DNA of 24,000 nt, taken from Thermococcus kodakarensis KOD1. Lineage in GTDB: Archaea; Methanobacteriota_B; Thermococci; Thermococcales; Thermococcaceae. A program made the position numbers and the translations under genes. How positions within the stretch are numbered: position 1 is the first letter of the stretch; each line of letters starts with the position of its first letter. The DNA lies in NCBI RefSeq assembly GCF_000009965.1, contig NC_006624.1, positions 816,681-840,680 on the forward strand, given 5' to 3'. This document shows, piece by piece, positions 23,427-24,000 of the stretch. A model generated the notes under the pieces. It searched no databases. It saw only the letters and a program-made list of their open reading frames with translations, and had not been told where the DNA came from.

Positions 23427-23792
23427 ATGGAAGAAGCCCCAACTGGAGCACCGCAAAAGAGGACTTCCCTCGGCCTCGATGAGAACATCGAGGGACTGCT
23501 CGCATACCTGCTTGGTTTTGTTACGGGAATAATACTCCTGCTCCTTGAGAAGGAAAGCGATTTCGTCCGTTTCCACGCTATGCAGTCAACGATAATCTTT
23601 CTCCCGCTGTGGATTGCCATAAAGATCTTCTCGTACATACCTATCCTGGGCTGGATTATCGCAGATCTCCTAGGTTTAATAGGCCTTGTTGTTTGGATTG
23701 TTGGTATGGTCAAGGCCTACCAGGGAGAGCGCTACAAGTTCCCAATTGCGGGAGATCTGGCAGAACAGTGGCTCGGCAAGGTGAACGTCTGA
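23427..23792 (+). CDS. Small integral membrane protein, DUF4870-like
   Basis: About 121 aa with 'LLAYLLGFVTGIILLLLEKESDFVRFHAMQS', as I recall for the DUF4870 family, and three or four hydrophobic helices. A strong SD AGGAGGTG lies 6 nt before the ATG at 23427. Confidence 0.6.
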   Translation: MEEAPTGAPQKRTSLGLDENIEGLLAYLLGFVTGIILLLLEKESDFVRFHAMQSTIIFLPLWIAIKIFSYIPILGWIIADLLGLIGLVVWIVGMVKAYQGERYKFPIAGDLAEQWLGKVNV

Positions 23793-23823
23793 AGGTTTTT
23801 AATGCCCTTTTCAAACTTTCTTT

Positions 23824-24000
23824 ATGCTCGCGGAAGTCATCGAGGAAACAAGAAAGTTCGCCGAGAAAAAAGGCCTTTTCGAAAAACGGGTTCTTATGCT
23901 GTTCTCTGGGGGAAAGGACAGTTCTCTCGCTCTCTACATTCTAAAAGAAGCGGGCCTCGACGTCTCGGCCTTGACCTTCTTCCATCGCTGGAGCTGGAGG
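23824..24000 (+). CDS. PP-loop ATP pyrophosphatase family protein (5' fragment; continues beyond the window)
   Basis: My own translation from the ATG at 23824 gives MLAEVIEETRKFAEKKGLFEKRVLMLFSGGKDSSLALYILKEAGLDVSALTFFHRWSWR, open to the window end. It contains the PP-loop 'SGGKDS'. This ORF is absent from the ORF track because it has no stop within the window. Confidence 0.65.
   Translation, partial: MLAEVIEETRKFAEKKGLFEKRVLMLFSGGKDSSLALYILKEAGLDVSALTFFHRWSWR

Noticed and set aside
1-24000. Search by eye for tRNA, rRNA, transposase or integrase genes, IS inverted repeats, cas genes and toxin-antitoxin pairs
   Set aside because: None was found. The intergenic regions are short and are explained by promoters, terminators or the CRISPR leader. 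The only PIN domain is fused to the conserved ATPase-KH protein and is not a VapC-type toxin.

Overview
This window looks like a Thermococcus-type (Thermococcales, Euryarchaeota) chromosomal segment. The evidence is GC-rich third codon positions, GGTGAT-type Shine-Dalgarno (SD) sequences, oligo-T tracts after genes, and a CRISPR repeat ending in ATTGAAAG, the crRNA 5' tag known from Pyrococcus and Thermococcus. From memory only, the order AGOG, ABC-2 transporter, adjacent ADP-forming acyl-CoA synthetase beta/alpha resembles T. kodakarensis; this needs a BLAST check.

I support 20 complete protein genes, one 3'-truncated gene, and one large CRISPR array. In order they are:
- a GHMP/RFAP-synthase-like gene coupled to AGOG 8-oxoG glycosylase
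- an ABC-2 permease and ATPase
- acdB and acdA
- a nucleotidyltransferase, a small SecB-like-looking protein and a TPR-like helical repeat protein
- a minus-strand run of sua5, a GT4 glycosyltransferase, asnB, a GPN-loop GTPase and minD
- a divergent PIN-ATPase-KH protein followed by maf
- a cas-less 37-repeat CRISPR array with a 458-nt AT-rich leader
- an NDP-sugar pyrophosphorylase
- feoA, feoB and a feoC-like gene
- a DUF4870-like membrane protein
- the 5' end of a PP-loop ATPase

I saw no tRNA or rRNA genes, no transposase or integrase, and no cas genes. I do not see a convincing self-contained novel multi-gene system.

The features most worth a second look are:
- the internal architecture of the CRISPR array: a nested variant-repeat block, an altered crRNA 5' tag, and a 10-nt partial repeat duplication
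- the translationally coupled minD/GPN pair beside the PIN-ATPase-KH and maf genes
- three poorly characterised genes at 6.1-8.5 kb
- a DtxR-box-like operator at the feoA promoter
- a perfect 26-nt palindrome downstream of the feoC-like gene
- an identical 13-nt translation-initiation motif shared by several genes

All functional calls rest on motif and family recognition by eye. No searches were run.
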